A DNA stretch of 51,338 bases, taken from the NCBI GenBank assembly GCA_902803135.1, contig CADCPA010000011.1, forward strand, positions 1 through 51,338. Direction: 5' to 3'. This document shows, in pieces, positions 17,397 to 25,949 of this stretch. The notes under the pieces were generated by a model. That model was not told the DNA's origin. It saw nothing but the letters and a program-made list of their open reading frames with translations, and made no database searches. Origin of the DNA: an uncultured bacterium. GTDB lineage: Bacteria; Verrucomicrobiota; Kiritimatiellia; RFP12; UBA1067. The stretch's first letter is position 1. Each line of letters begins with the position of its first letter. Both the position numbers and the translations under genes were made by a program.

Positions 17397-18266
17397 ATGA
17401 ATCTCACGAGTCCCCGCCAAGTCAAAGAATGGTGCCTTGCCAACGGATTCCATCCGAATAAGGTCCTCGGCCAGAACTTCCTCATCGACAAGAACGCCCT
17501 CGACGCGATCATCGACGCGGCGGGCCTTCCGCCCGGCGCGCCGACGCGCGTGCTGGCAATCGGACCCGGACGCGGCGTCCTCACCGAAGGTCTGCTGCAG
17601 CGCGGCTGCCGGGTCACGGCGATCGAAAAGGACCCCGTGCTGGCGGACCGCCTGGCCGGATCGCTCGGCTCGCCGGCGAACCTCACGGTGAACAAGGGCG
17701 ACGCGCTCGACTTCATCGCGGGAGGCGCCTGCGACGACTATCCCTTCCTCGTCTCGAATCTACCCTACCAGGCCGGTACGCGCATTCTGCTTGAACTCGT
17801 GCAGCGCCTCTCGCCGGCCGTGATGGTGGTGTTGGTGCAGACCGAGGTGGCGGACCGTCTCGTCGCCGGCCCCGGTTCGAAGACGCGCGGCCTCGCCGGC
17901 GTCTGGGCCCAGCTGGATTACGACGTCAAGGCCGTGCGCAAGGTCGCCGCCAGCTGCTTCTGGCCGCGCCCGGAAATCGGCTCCACGGTCGTCAGGCTTG
18001 TGCGCCACCACCGCAACGACAATCTGTCCGCGGCCGCGCGCGACGCGTTCCACCGCTACACGAAGCTCGCCTTCGAACATCGCCGCAAACAGCTCGGCGC
18101 CACGTTCAAAAACAGCGAGCTGCCCGAGGCGGCGTTCGAACTCCCCATCGCCCGCACGGGCAAGAAGGAGTCCATCCCGCTCGCCAGAACCCGCGCGGAG
18201 GATCTCTCCAACGCGGACTGGCTGGCGTTCGTGTCAGCCGTGACGGCGCCAGCCGAAAACGGTTGA
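17397..18266 (+). CDS. rsmA: 16S rRNA (adenine1518/1519-N6)-dimethyltransferase
   Basis: KVLGQNFLIDKNALDAII, VLAIGPGRGVLTEGL and SNLPYQ motifs. Confidence 0.95.
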   Translation: MNLTSPRQVKEWCLANGFHPNKVLGQNFLIDKNALDAIIDAAGLPPGAPTRVLAIGPGRGVLTEGLLQRGCRVTAIEKDPVLADRLAGSLGSPANLTVNKGDALDFIAGGACDDYPFLVSNLPYQAGTRILLELVQRLSPAVMVVLVQTEVADRLVAGPGSKTRGLAGVWAQLDYDVKAVRKVAASCFWPRPEIGSTVVRLVRHHRNDNLSAAARDAFHRYTKLAFEHRRKQLGATFKNSELPEAAFELPIARTGKKESIPLARTRAEDLSNADWLAFVSAVTAPAENG

Positions 18267-18992
18267 CCCCGACCCCGACATCCTGACGCCTTCGCAGCCC
18301 TCGGCCGTCAACTTGGCGAGGGCTGCCTTGATTTCGGGATGCAGTCGGCACGCGGCCGGCTGCAGGTCGTTCGCCCCGAGACCGCGGTCCGTCTCACGGA
18401 ATTCCCGGAAGACGGCGGGCGTGGAAACGAAGACCGGCGGCGTGTACACGACGAGGCGCGACAGGTCGGGAATCGGATAACCCGCCAGGGCGGATTCAGC
18501 CAGCGGCGTCACCCGCTCGCCCCGCCCTTCCATGAGGACGGGTCCGCCCAGCGTCAGCGCAGGCACGTCGCTGCCGACCTCGGCCGCGAGCTCGCAGAGC
18601 CGCGCCTTCGGCAGATTCAGCGCCCACAGCTCGTTCAGGCCGTTCAGCACGGCCGAGGCGTCGGACGAACCGCCGCCCATGCCCGCACCTGCGGGAATGC
18701 GCTTCGTGATCGTCATGTGCGCGCCCTTCGTGCACCCCGTCGCCGCCTGAAGCACGCGCGCGGCCTTCCACGCGAGGTTCTTCTCGGGAGGAAGGTCAGC
18801 CAGCGCGGCGAGCGTGGCGGGGGACAGCCCCTCCGGCGCAAAGGAAACCGCCAGATCGTCCGCCGCGACGAGCTCGATGTCATCGTGCAGCGGGATGGGC
18901 AGAACAATGCTCCGAAGGTCGTGATAGCCGTCAGGCCTCACGCCGAGCACGTCGAGCGTGAGGTTGACTTTCGCATGCGCCTCGACCTTCAC
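18234..18992 (-). CDS. ispE: 4-diphosphocytidyl-2-C-methyl-D-erythritol kinase
   Basis: AKVNLTLDVLGVRPDGYH, GHMP motif IPAGAGMGGGSSDA and C-terminal MSGSGST. GTG start at 18992 overlaps the upstream stop (GTGA, 18992-18989). The Arg-rich N-terminal extension of the track ORF is rejected. Confidence 0.85.
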   Translation of the reverse strand: MKVEAHAKVNLTLDVLGVRPDGYHDLRSIVLPIPLHDDIELVAADDLAVSFAPEGLSPATLAALADLPPEKNLAWKAARVLQAATGCTKGAHMTITKRIPAGAGMGGGSSDASAVLNGLNELWALNLPKARLCELAAEVGSDVPALTLGGPVLMEGRGERVTPLAESALAGYPIPDLSRLVVYTPPVFVSTPAVFREFRETDRGLGANDLQPAACRLHPEIKAALAKLTAEGCEGVRMSGSGSTVFGWRRHG

Positions 18993-20191
18993 AGAATCTC
19001 GCACGCGGGAAGTTCGCCGACCAGCGGGCGGGCATAGTCGAGAAAGGCCTTCGTCACGTCGTGGCCGTTCGCGGCGATGTAGGCGTCGGGCAGGCTGCGC
19101 GTGTACTTGGCGGCGTTGGCGACGGGCTGCGGCTCGAACGCGACGGCGTACTTCTTGCCGGGCTTGCGCACGATGGCGATCGTGCCCTTCGTCAGCTGGC
19201 CCGCGAGGGCGGCCTTCACGGCGGCGGCGCCGGCGGTGCGCGCTTCCTTCTGGTCGACCTTCGAAGCGACGCCGGGGAAGGAACGCTGCAGGTAGCCGAA
19301 CGTATCGGCACGCACGCGCTTCACGCCCGCCTTCTCCTTCACGACGCGCGAGAGGTAGTCGCCGAGCGCGCCCGTGCCGCTCATCTGCACGTTGCCGTGG
19401 CTGTCCTTCTCGCCGCCGGCGAACTTCGCGCCGATGGACGCGCCCGTCTCGTCTTTGATGCCTTCGGAGACGGCGATCACGCAGCGGCCGAACTTCTTCA
19501 TCGTCGCCTGGACGTCCGCCACGAACGTCTCTTCGCTGAACGGACGTTCCGGGAAATAGAGGAGGTGCGGACCGTCGTCCCGATGCGCGCGCGCCAGCGC
19601 CGCACCGGCCGTGAGGAAGCCCGCGTCGCGGCCCATGATCACGTCGATCTTCACGCCGCCGAGCGCACGGTTGTCGAGATCGTCGCCCTTGAGCGCGCTC
19701 GCAACGAAACGCACGGCCGAGGCGAAGCCCGGCGTGTGGTCGCAGCTGCGCAAGTCGTTGTCGATCGTCTTCGGAATGTGGTAGCACACGAGCGGATAGC
19801 CGTCCTTCTCCGCCTCCTCCGCGACGATGCGCGCGGCATCGGCCGAGTCGTTGCCGCCGATGTAGAAGAAGTAGCCGACCTTGAGACGCTTGAATTCCTC
19901 GAAGATCTTGCGGCAGTCCTCCGCCGTCGGCTTCAGACGGCAGGATCCGAGCGCGGAACTCGGCGTGGCGGCAATGGCGAGGAGCTTCTTTCCGTCGACC
20001 TTGCGGAGGTCCACATAGTCGCGGCCGAGAATGCCGGCGATGCCGTGGCGCGCGCCGAGGATCTTGCCGATCTTCGTGCCGACTTTCTTCGCACGGGCCG
20101 CGAGCACCGCGCCCACGAGGGACTGGTTGATGACCATGGACGGACCGCCCGACTGGGCGATGACCATATTCGTGAAAGCCTGCTTCTTCAT
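18989..20191 (-). CDS. pfk: 6-phosphofructokinase (possibly PPi-dependent type)
   Basis: QSGGPSMVINQS, FFYIGGNDS, IPKTIDND and MGRDAGFL motifs. The Asp in GGNDS occupies the position that is Gly in ATP-dependent enzymes (GGDGS) and Asp in PPi-dependent ones (GGDDS). The phosphoryl donor is therefore my inference. ATG at 20191. Confidence 0.85.
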   Translation of the reverse strand: MKKQAFTNMVIAQSGGPSMVINQSLVGAVLAARAKKVGTKIGKILGARHGIAGILGRDYVDLRKVDGKKLLAIAATPSSALGSCRLKPTAEDCRKIFEEFKRLKVGYFFYIGGNDSADAARIVAEEAEKDGYPLVCYHIPKTIDNDLRSCDHTPGFASAVRFVASALKGDDLDNRALGGVKIDVIMGRDAGFLTAGAALARAHRDDGPHLLYFPERPFSEETFVADVQATMKKFGRCVIAVSEGIKDETGASIGAKFAGGEKDSHGNVQMSGTGALGDYLSRVVKEKAGVKRVRADTFGYLQRSFPGVASKVDQKEARTAGAAAVKAALAGQLTKGTIAIVRKPGKKYAVAFEPQPVANAAKYTRSLPDAYIAANGHDVTKAFLDYARPLVGELPACEIL

Positions 20192-20217
20192 ATCTTCTGC
20201 TGTACGATCCTGTTGTT

Positions 20218-23200
20218 TTAACGGAAAATGAGGGCGAACGGCGGCGGCGGCGCGGGAGGGAGCTGCAGCGAGATGCGTGCGCTCTGCGCGCTGCCGTTGA
20301 CCGCGGAGACGCCGAACGTGGTGGAAGCGCGCGAACTGCGCGCGCAGACGGCCGCGTTCGTGGCCACGAAGGCGCACACGGCGCCGTTGGTCCATACGAG
20401 ATAGCCCGAGACGCGCGAAACTTCAGGCCACGTGAGGATGGCGCTCATCGCAGCGCTCGTATCGGCGTTCAGCGACGCGGGAGCGGACGGCACATTGTCG
20501 AACCCCGTGAATTCGATCTCGGACGCGTTGCCGTTGCCGCTCTCGGCATACCAGCGCACGTAGCGCCAGGTGTTCGTGTAGGCGGGCGTGATCGTGGTCC
20601 AGGCGTTCTGCGGCGGGGAGGACGTGATCTTCGCCACGGTCGAGCGGGACGAGAAGTCCGCCACGCTCGAAACGTGGAACCGGCTATCTTTCATGCGGTC
20701 GGACCATTTCACGCGCGGCCAGTAGCGGATCTTCGAAATGACGCGCCAGTTGGCCACGCCGAGGTCCAACCCGCCCCAGGCCGGATTGCCCGGCGCGTCG
20801 AAGAACGTCGATGTGTCGCCGTCGAAAAGATTCTCCTTCGCGTCGCCCTGATCGTGCCACGACCCCTCCGTGCCGATGATCTCCCCCTCGAAAATATGCG
20901 CGAAGCCGCTCGCCCACGCCCGCTGCGGCTGCGTGACGGAAGTGAGCCCCTGCGCCGACGTGGAGACGACGCGGTACCAGTTGGTCTGCGAAACGCCCAC
21001 CGCGGAGCCGTCGCGCCACGTCGTCGCGCCCTTCCCCAGACGGGCTGCCACCGCATAGGGCCCGGCGCGTTTCGAAGCGCGCTCCACGGTGTACGAAACG
21101 GCGTATGGAGACGCCTCCCAATAGACGAGCGGAGAAGCGGCGATGCGCGTTGCGTTCATGTACGCCAAGACCGGAGGAACCGGCAGCTCAATCTCGTCCT
21201 CGCGCATGACGGCGACGACCAGCGTCGTCTCGTCGCTCTCCTGAGCGTCGTCCGAGGTCCAGCCCACGCGGAAGGAATAGGATCCCGCACGCGTCTTGGC
21301 GGGAACCTGCCAGGTGAATTGCCCGGTCTGCGAAATGCGCGCCGCAGCGACGGGACTTTCAATTAGGCTGTAGGCGCCTGCAAGCGCAGTATTCGTGACG
21401 GCGCACGATAGCGCCACGCTCGCGCCGGCGAGCACCTGCGTGGCGACGCCGTCCGGTAGCCACGCGCCCGTCGCGCCCGGCCCTCTGTTCGGCGCGCCGG
21501 GCGTCGCCACCGCCTGCACGGCCCACGCATTCGTCACGCCGTTCGGCCAGCAGCCCTCGCTCACGTTCAGCGTCTGCGGGCCAAAGTCGACGTGTGCCAG
21601 AAGCTCAGTGCGTTCCGCGTTCCAGAGGTTCACCTCGTCGCCCTTCTTGGCGAGGCCAAATGGAACGGTGAGCACGCCGTTTTCATCGACACCTGCGAGA
21701 AGCGCGTCGTCGGCGCGAACGAGAAGGCACGCGCCCGGCGCAAGGACGACGCCCAGCGGAATCTCCGTCATGTGCTTCGCGTTGTCGTCGCAGAGCCAGC
21801 AGCCGCCCAGATCGGCCTCCTCCGCGCCGGCGTTGTAGATTTCAAACCAATCGGGCGTGTCGGCGTCGGCCATGACCTCGTTGACAACGAGGTTCACCGG
21901 AGAGGCGGGCGTGAAGAACGCCGTCGCCTGGAGTGCGCTCTTCACCGAAAGGGATATCGAGGGCGTGCGACGGGGCTCCGAACCGTCGTCCAGAACCCAT
22001 GCGACGAAGCGCCAGCCCGTTTCGGGCGTCGCCGTGAGCGTGACAGGCACGTTCTCGAAGTAGTTTCCCGTAAAGGGCAGGGAGATGCGCCCCTCGCCGG
22101 ATCCGGAGGAGAGCGTGTTGACCTTGACGCGGCCGAAACCGTTCGTCGCCACCGTGAGCGCGTAGGATGCGCCGACGCCGAAATAGCTGTTCAGGTTCTG
22201 GCGCACGTTGGCCTCGCGGCTCTGGAGGAACGCGCGGATGGTGGAGATCTCGCCCTCCCAGTTCGAGACGGATATCTGGCGCGACCAGCGCGAGACGTGG
22301 CGCGCCATCTCGCCGCGCACGCGCGCGGCCGCCGCGTCGAGGAGGGCCGTCGTGCGCGCCGGCGCAAGGGCGGTGTTCAGCAGATCGGAATAGCGCGTCG
22401 CGAGGCGTTTTACGAATTCGGGATTGTCGCTCAGGATTTTGAAGAACGGGTGGTTCCTTGCCTGGCTCACCATGTCGGTCGAGGCGGAGCTGTTGAGCCC
22501 GAGGCCGTGGTCGGTGTCGAACGCGACGAAGCGCCAGCGTCCGTCATGCGGCACGGCGGCCGTGGGCGAATAGGCCACGCGCTCGCGCCAGAAGCCCTGG
22601 TTGTTGTTGGGCCAGTCGGTGTTGCCCACGAACATGTTGACGATGCTGTAGTCGATCATGTTGTCGATGTCGATGCGCGTCTGCACGTATGCCCAGGCCG
22701 ACTCGTCGGTCTTGAGATCGTGCGCGTTGAGGTAGTCCACCAGCTCGAGATACGCCTCGTCGTCACCCTCCTGCACCTCGTAGCCCCTCGAAGCCGCCAT
22801 CTTGACGTAGTCGAGGTTCTCCGGATCCGCGCCGTACCAGCCCTCGAAGTAGTGCTTCGAGTAGTGGTGGCGGAAGTTCATGATGCCCCAGTAGGCGCCG
22901 TTCACATAGACGACCGTCGGCTCGTAGCCCTGCGTGCCGCACGAGACCCATCCTCTGAAGAGGGACTGTCCGAAGGCGTCGCGCAGGCCCGACTTGTACC
23001 AGTCGTTGCCGCTGTTGCGCAGCAGGAAGCGCTTGAATTCAGTCTGGTCTTCGTCGCCGAAGAGCCGGTACTTGACCTTCTTCTTGCCGTATTCGTCGCG
23101 CGCGTAGAATCCCATCGTCTTCTGCGCGCACGACCGCGACCAGTTGCCGTGCATGCGCACGCCGAGCGTCTGCGCGACCACCTCCTCACGGTTCGTCTCG

Positions 23201-25008
23201 AAGAGTTCGAACATGACGGGGCGCTCCCACGCCTCGCCGTGCTGGAAATAGTTCGCGTTCGGCATGCCCACGGAATGCCCGTTCCAGCCGAGGGTGTTGT
23301 ACACGTCGCCTGGCACCATGAGGCCGGTCGCGTCGGAGAAAAAGTTGGCCTCGTCCGTCTGCAACGAGACGACGCGCAGCGTGTGGCCGGTCACCGTCGA
23401 GCCGATCAACCACGTGCCGCACACCTCGTTCGTGCACGCGACGCCGTTCTTGAACGCCCGCGCGCGAAGCACGTTCACGTCCGGCTGGTCGCTCTTGGGC
23501 GCCGCCCACCCGTACTGCGTGTGCGACCACATCTCCGGCGGATTCGTGGGGATGAGCGCGAGGCGGTTCGTGCGGCTCGACACGTCGCCGAAGACGAGCG
23601 GACGCGTATAGCGGAAGCAGTTCTCCGTGGCGACGCCAGACGGCGTGGAACCGTCGAGCGTGTAGAAGATCTCCGCGCCGTCGACGGGATAGTCGAGCGC
23701 CACCGTCACGTTCGTCAGGCTGAAACCCGGCGGCGTCGAGAGGCTCGGCGCGGCCGGCCCGTCGATGCGGCCCTCCGGCAGCAGGAAGGACATCTCCGAG
23801 ACATTGCAGAAGCCCTGCGACGGGCTCACGTAGCGCACGTAGCGGTAGAAGCCCGCAACAGCATCGTCGAACGCGACCTCCGTGATGTCGCCCTCAGGAG
23901 GACGCTCGGTGATCGTGAAAAGCGTGCGCGCGTCCATGAAATCTGGCGAGTTGGCGCCCTCGAAGCGTCCGCCCACCATGCGCGCGGCGTTGTTGGAGCG
24001 CGGCACGTACCTCACGCCGACGATCATCTGGGGCCGGCCGAGGTCGAGCCCCGTCCAGGTGGCGCCGCCCGAGGGCGCGTCGAAGAACGTCGCCGGGTCG
24101 CCGTCGAATGCCTTGTCGCCCGTGTTGCCGCTGTTGTCCCACGAGCCTTCCGTGCCGATCCACGTGCCCACGGCCTCGACGCGCGAGGTGATCGAGAACG
24201 TCGTCCATACGCCCTTGCCGTTCGCATTGACGCCGCGCACGCGGTAGTCGCCGCCGGCGGACGAGTTGGCCGAGGAAATCCACGTGCAGGTTTCGTTGCC
24301 CTTCGACGGCGCGGCGATGGCGATGGTCGCGTAGGCGTCCTTCGCGCTTTCGCGCCGCTGGATGCGATAGACCTGCGGAACGTCCGCGTCGGAGACGAGG
24401 CGAAAGCCTGCATGCTGGTTCAGAAACCACGTGGCGTCGATCGGGGGCGCGGCGGGCACGGCCTCGCCGCTCTGGGCAAGGCCCCAGAATTCGACTTCGC
24501 CGGCATTGCCGCAGTAGAGGCCGATGATGCGCAGATAGGTGTAGGGGCCGTACACGTTGTCGAGGGTGACGTTCACCCACGTCGTGCCGTCCCACCCGGA
24601 TGGAGGAGAGACGACGTGGAACGTCTCCGCGTCGGAGAAGTCCGCCGCGTTCGCGCCCTGGAAGAGACAGCCGGCCATGCGCGAGGCGGTGGAGCTGCTG
24701 CGGCCCACGTAGCTCACGCGCGTCACGAGGCTGGAGGTCGTGAGGGCGATGCCCGCCCATGCGCTGCCGATCTGGTTGGCGGAGGACGGCGGATCGAAGA
24801 AGGTTCCCGTATTGCCATCGAAGACGCACTCCTTGACGTCGCCATTGTCGTTCCAGGAACCCTCGGTTCCGAGTACGACGAGCTGCCCCGACGCGTCGGT
24901 GACGGCGGACTTGTTCAGGCAGACATTTCCCTCCCATGCAGAGACGGCGGAGAAAACCGCACAGCAGACCGCAAGGGCCATAACCCGAAAGTGTCTAGTA
25001 ATAGCCAT
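20218..25008 (-). CDS. Giant secreted CotH-kinase family protein with multiple discoidin (F5/8 type C)-like domains and a lamin-tail domain
   Basis: Signal peptide. A repeated GTEGSW(N/D/H)..GD.K..FDG...TFFD(A/P)P module appears at least 3 times. CotH core: VRMHGNWSR, FLLRNSGNDW and YVNGAYWGIMNFRHHY. LTD-like segment: LVVNEVMADADTPDWFEIYNAG...GGCWLCDD. Confidence 0.8.
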   Translation of the reverse strand: MAITRHFRVMALAVCCAVFSAVSAWEGNVCLNKSAVTDASGQLVVLGTEGSWNDNGDVKECVFDGNTGTFFDPPSSANQIGSAWAGIALTTSSLVTRVSYVGRSSSTASRMAGCLFQGANAADFSDAETFHVVSPPSGWDGTTWVNVTLDNVYGPYTYLRIIGLYCGNAGEVEFWGLAQSGEAVPAAPPIDATWFLNQHAGFRLVSDADVPQVYRIQRRESAKDAYATIAIAAPSKGNETCTWISSANSSAGGDYRVRGVNANGKGVWTTFSITSRVEAVGTWIGTEGSWDNSGNTGDKAFDGDPATFFDAPSGGATWTGLDLGRPQMIVGVRYVPRSNNAARMVGGRFEGANSPDFMDARTLFTITERPPEGDITEVAFDDAVAGFYRYVRYVSPSQGFCNVSEMSFLLPEGRIDGPAAPSLSTPPGFSLTNVTVALDYPVDGAEIFYTLDGSTPSGVATENCFRYTRPLVFGDVSSRTNRLALIPTNPPEMWSHTQYGWAAPKSDQPDVNVLRARAFKNGVACTNEVCGTWLIGSTVTGHTLRVVSLQTDEANFFSDATGLMVPGDVYNTLGWNGHSVGMPNANYFQHGEAWERPVMFELFETNREEVVAQTLGVRMHGNWSRSCAQKTMGFYARDEYGKKKVKYRLFGDEDQTEFKRFLLRNSGNDWYKSGLRDAFGQSLFRGWVSCGTQGYEPTVVYVNGAYWGIMNFRHHYSKHYFEGWYGADPENLDYVKMAASRGYEVQEGDDEAYLELVDYLNAHDLKTDESAWAYVQTRIDIDNMIDYSIVNMFVGNTDWPNNNQGFWRERVAYSPTAAVPHDGRWRFVAFDTDHGLGLNSSASTDMVSQARNHPFFKILSDNPEFVKRLATRYSDLLNTALAPARTTALLDAAAARVRGEMARHVSRWSRQISVSNWEGEISTIRAFLQSREANVRQNLNSYFGVGASYALTVATNGFGRVKVNTLSSGSGEGRISLPFTGNYFENVPVTLTATPETGWRFVAWVLDDGSEPRRTPSISLSVKSALQATAFFTPASPVNLVVNEVMADADTPDWFEIYNAGAEEADLGGCWLCDDNAKHMTEIPLGVVLAPGACLLVRADDALLAGVDENGVLTVPFGLAKKGDEVNLWNAERTELLAHVDFGPQTLNVSEGCWPNGVTNAWAVQAVATPGAPNRGPGATGAWLPDGVATQVLAGASVALSCAVTNTALAGAYSLIESPVAAARISQTGQFTWQVPAKTRAGSYSFRVGWTSDDAQESDETTLVVAVMREDEIELPVPPVLAYMNATRIAASPLVYWEASPYAVSYTVERASKRAGPYAVAARLGKGATTWRDGSAVGVSQTNWYRVVSTSAQGLTSVTQPQRAWASGFAHIFEGEIIGTEGSWHDQGDAKENLFDGDTSTFFDAPGNPAWGGLDLGVANWRVISKIRYWPRVKWSDRMKDSRFHVSSVADFSSRSTVAKITSSPPQNAWTTITPAYTNTWRYVRWYAESGNGNASEIEFTGFDNVPSAPASLNADTSAAMSAILTWPEVSRVSGYLVWTNGAVCAFVATNAAVCARSSRASTTFGVSAVNGSAQSARISLQLPPAPPPPFALIFR

Positions 25009-25017
25009 GTGAATTGT

Positions 25018-25026
25018 ATTATCTCA
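25018..25026 (-). promoter_or_regulatory. Extended -10-like element TGAGATAAT for the CotH gene
   Basis: Sense strand GAAATATGAGATAAT, then 9 nt to the ATG at 25008. No SD is visible. Confidence 0.35.
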
Positions 25027-25056
25027 TATTTCAGACCATCTGTGAAATGAAATTTG

Positions 25057-25065
25057 TGATATAAT
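25057..25065 (+). promoter_or_regulatory. Extended -10 element TGATATAAT for epmA (probably leaderless)
   Basis: ATTTGTGATATAAT, then 6 nt (ctgcct) to the ATG at 25072. No SD is visible. Confidence 0.4.
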
Positions 25066-25071
25066 CTGCCT

Positions 25072-25938
25072 ATGGACAATGGGAATTTTGGTGACAGGCC
25101 GACCGGCCTCCTCGGCCGGCTGGAGAAACGTGCGAAGATCCTGCGCACGATCCGCGACTTTTTCGACGCCCGCGATTTTCTCGAAGTGACGACACCCGTG
25201 CGCATCGCCGCCCCCGCGCCCGAGCCGCACATCGACTGCCCGCCCTGCGGCAGGCAGTTCCTCCGCGCCTCGCCGGAACTGCAGATGAAGAAGCTGCTGG
25301 CAGCCGGCTGTTCGAAGATCTACCAGATCGGACCCTGCTTCCGCGAGGGGGAATGCGGGGCGCGCCACAATCCTGAATTCACGATGATCGAATGGTACCG
25401 TACCAACGCGGACTACCGCACCATCCTCGCCGACACGCAGGACATGCTCGCCGCCCTCCTGCCGCACCGGGGGACAGTCCCCACGACCACGGTCACGGTC
25501 GAGGAGATGTATGTCAAACATGCGGGGTGGAATCCGTTCACGGACTGGGACCGGGACCGCTTCGACTACGACATGGCCACGAAGATCGAGCCGCACCTTC
25601 CCGCCGGTTTCGTCTTCCTCATGGACTACCCGCCCGCCGCCGCCTCGCTCTCAAAGCTGCGCGGCAACGTGGCGGAACGCTGGGAGCTCTATTGCAACGG
25701 ACTCGAACTCGGCAACTGCTTCTCCGAACTCTGCGACGGCGCCGAACAGCGCATGCGCTTCTGCGCCGCCCGCGAGGAACGCCGCCTTCTCGGCGAGAGC
25801 GACTACCCGATCGACGACGAGTTTCTCGACCTGCTGCCGCTCGTCAAGTCCGCCGCCGGCGTCGCCATCGGCATCGACCGCCTCGTGATGCTCCTCTGCG
25901 GCGAAACCGACATCCATGCCGTCCTCATGGGTGAATGA
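25072..25938 (+). CDS. epmA: EF-P lysine aminoacylase (truncated class II LysRS paralog)
   Basis: RAKILRTIRDFFDARDFLEVTTP, FLRASPELQMKKLLAAG, IYQIGPCFREGE and NPEFTMIEWY, which are class II aaRS motifs 1 and 2 without an anticodon-binding domain. Confidence 0.85.
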   Translation: MDNGNFGDRPTGLLGRLEKRAKILRTIRDFFDARDFLEVTTPVRIAAPAPEPHIDCPPCGRQFLRASPELQMKKLLAAGCSKIYQIGPCFREGECGARHNPEFTMIEWYRTNADYRTILADTQDMLAALLPHRGTVPTTTVTVEEMYVKHAGWNPFTDWDRDRFDYDMATKIEPHLPAGFVFLMDYPPAAASLSKLRGNVAERWELYCNGLELGNCFSELCDGAEQRMRFCAAREERRLLGESDYPIDDEFLDLLPLVKSAAGVAIGIDRLVMLLCGETDIHAVLMGE

Positions 25939-25949
25939 ACGAATGAGAA

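Noticed and set aside
20221-20260. PEP-CTERM or LPXTG sorting signal at the C-termini of the giant proteins
   Set aside because: There is no PEP or LPXTG motif, no TM-length hydrophobic stretch and no basic tail. Only the short shared hexapeptide is reported, as a separate low-confidence finding.
21592-25050. 1152-aa plus-strand ORF; likewise 41110-44403 and 44812-46728
   Set aside because: They are antisense to the CotH and PA14 giant genes, whose products have clear domain signatures. These are Arg-rich shadows.
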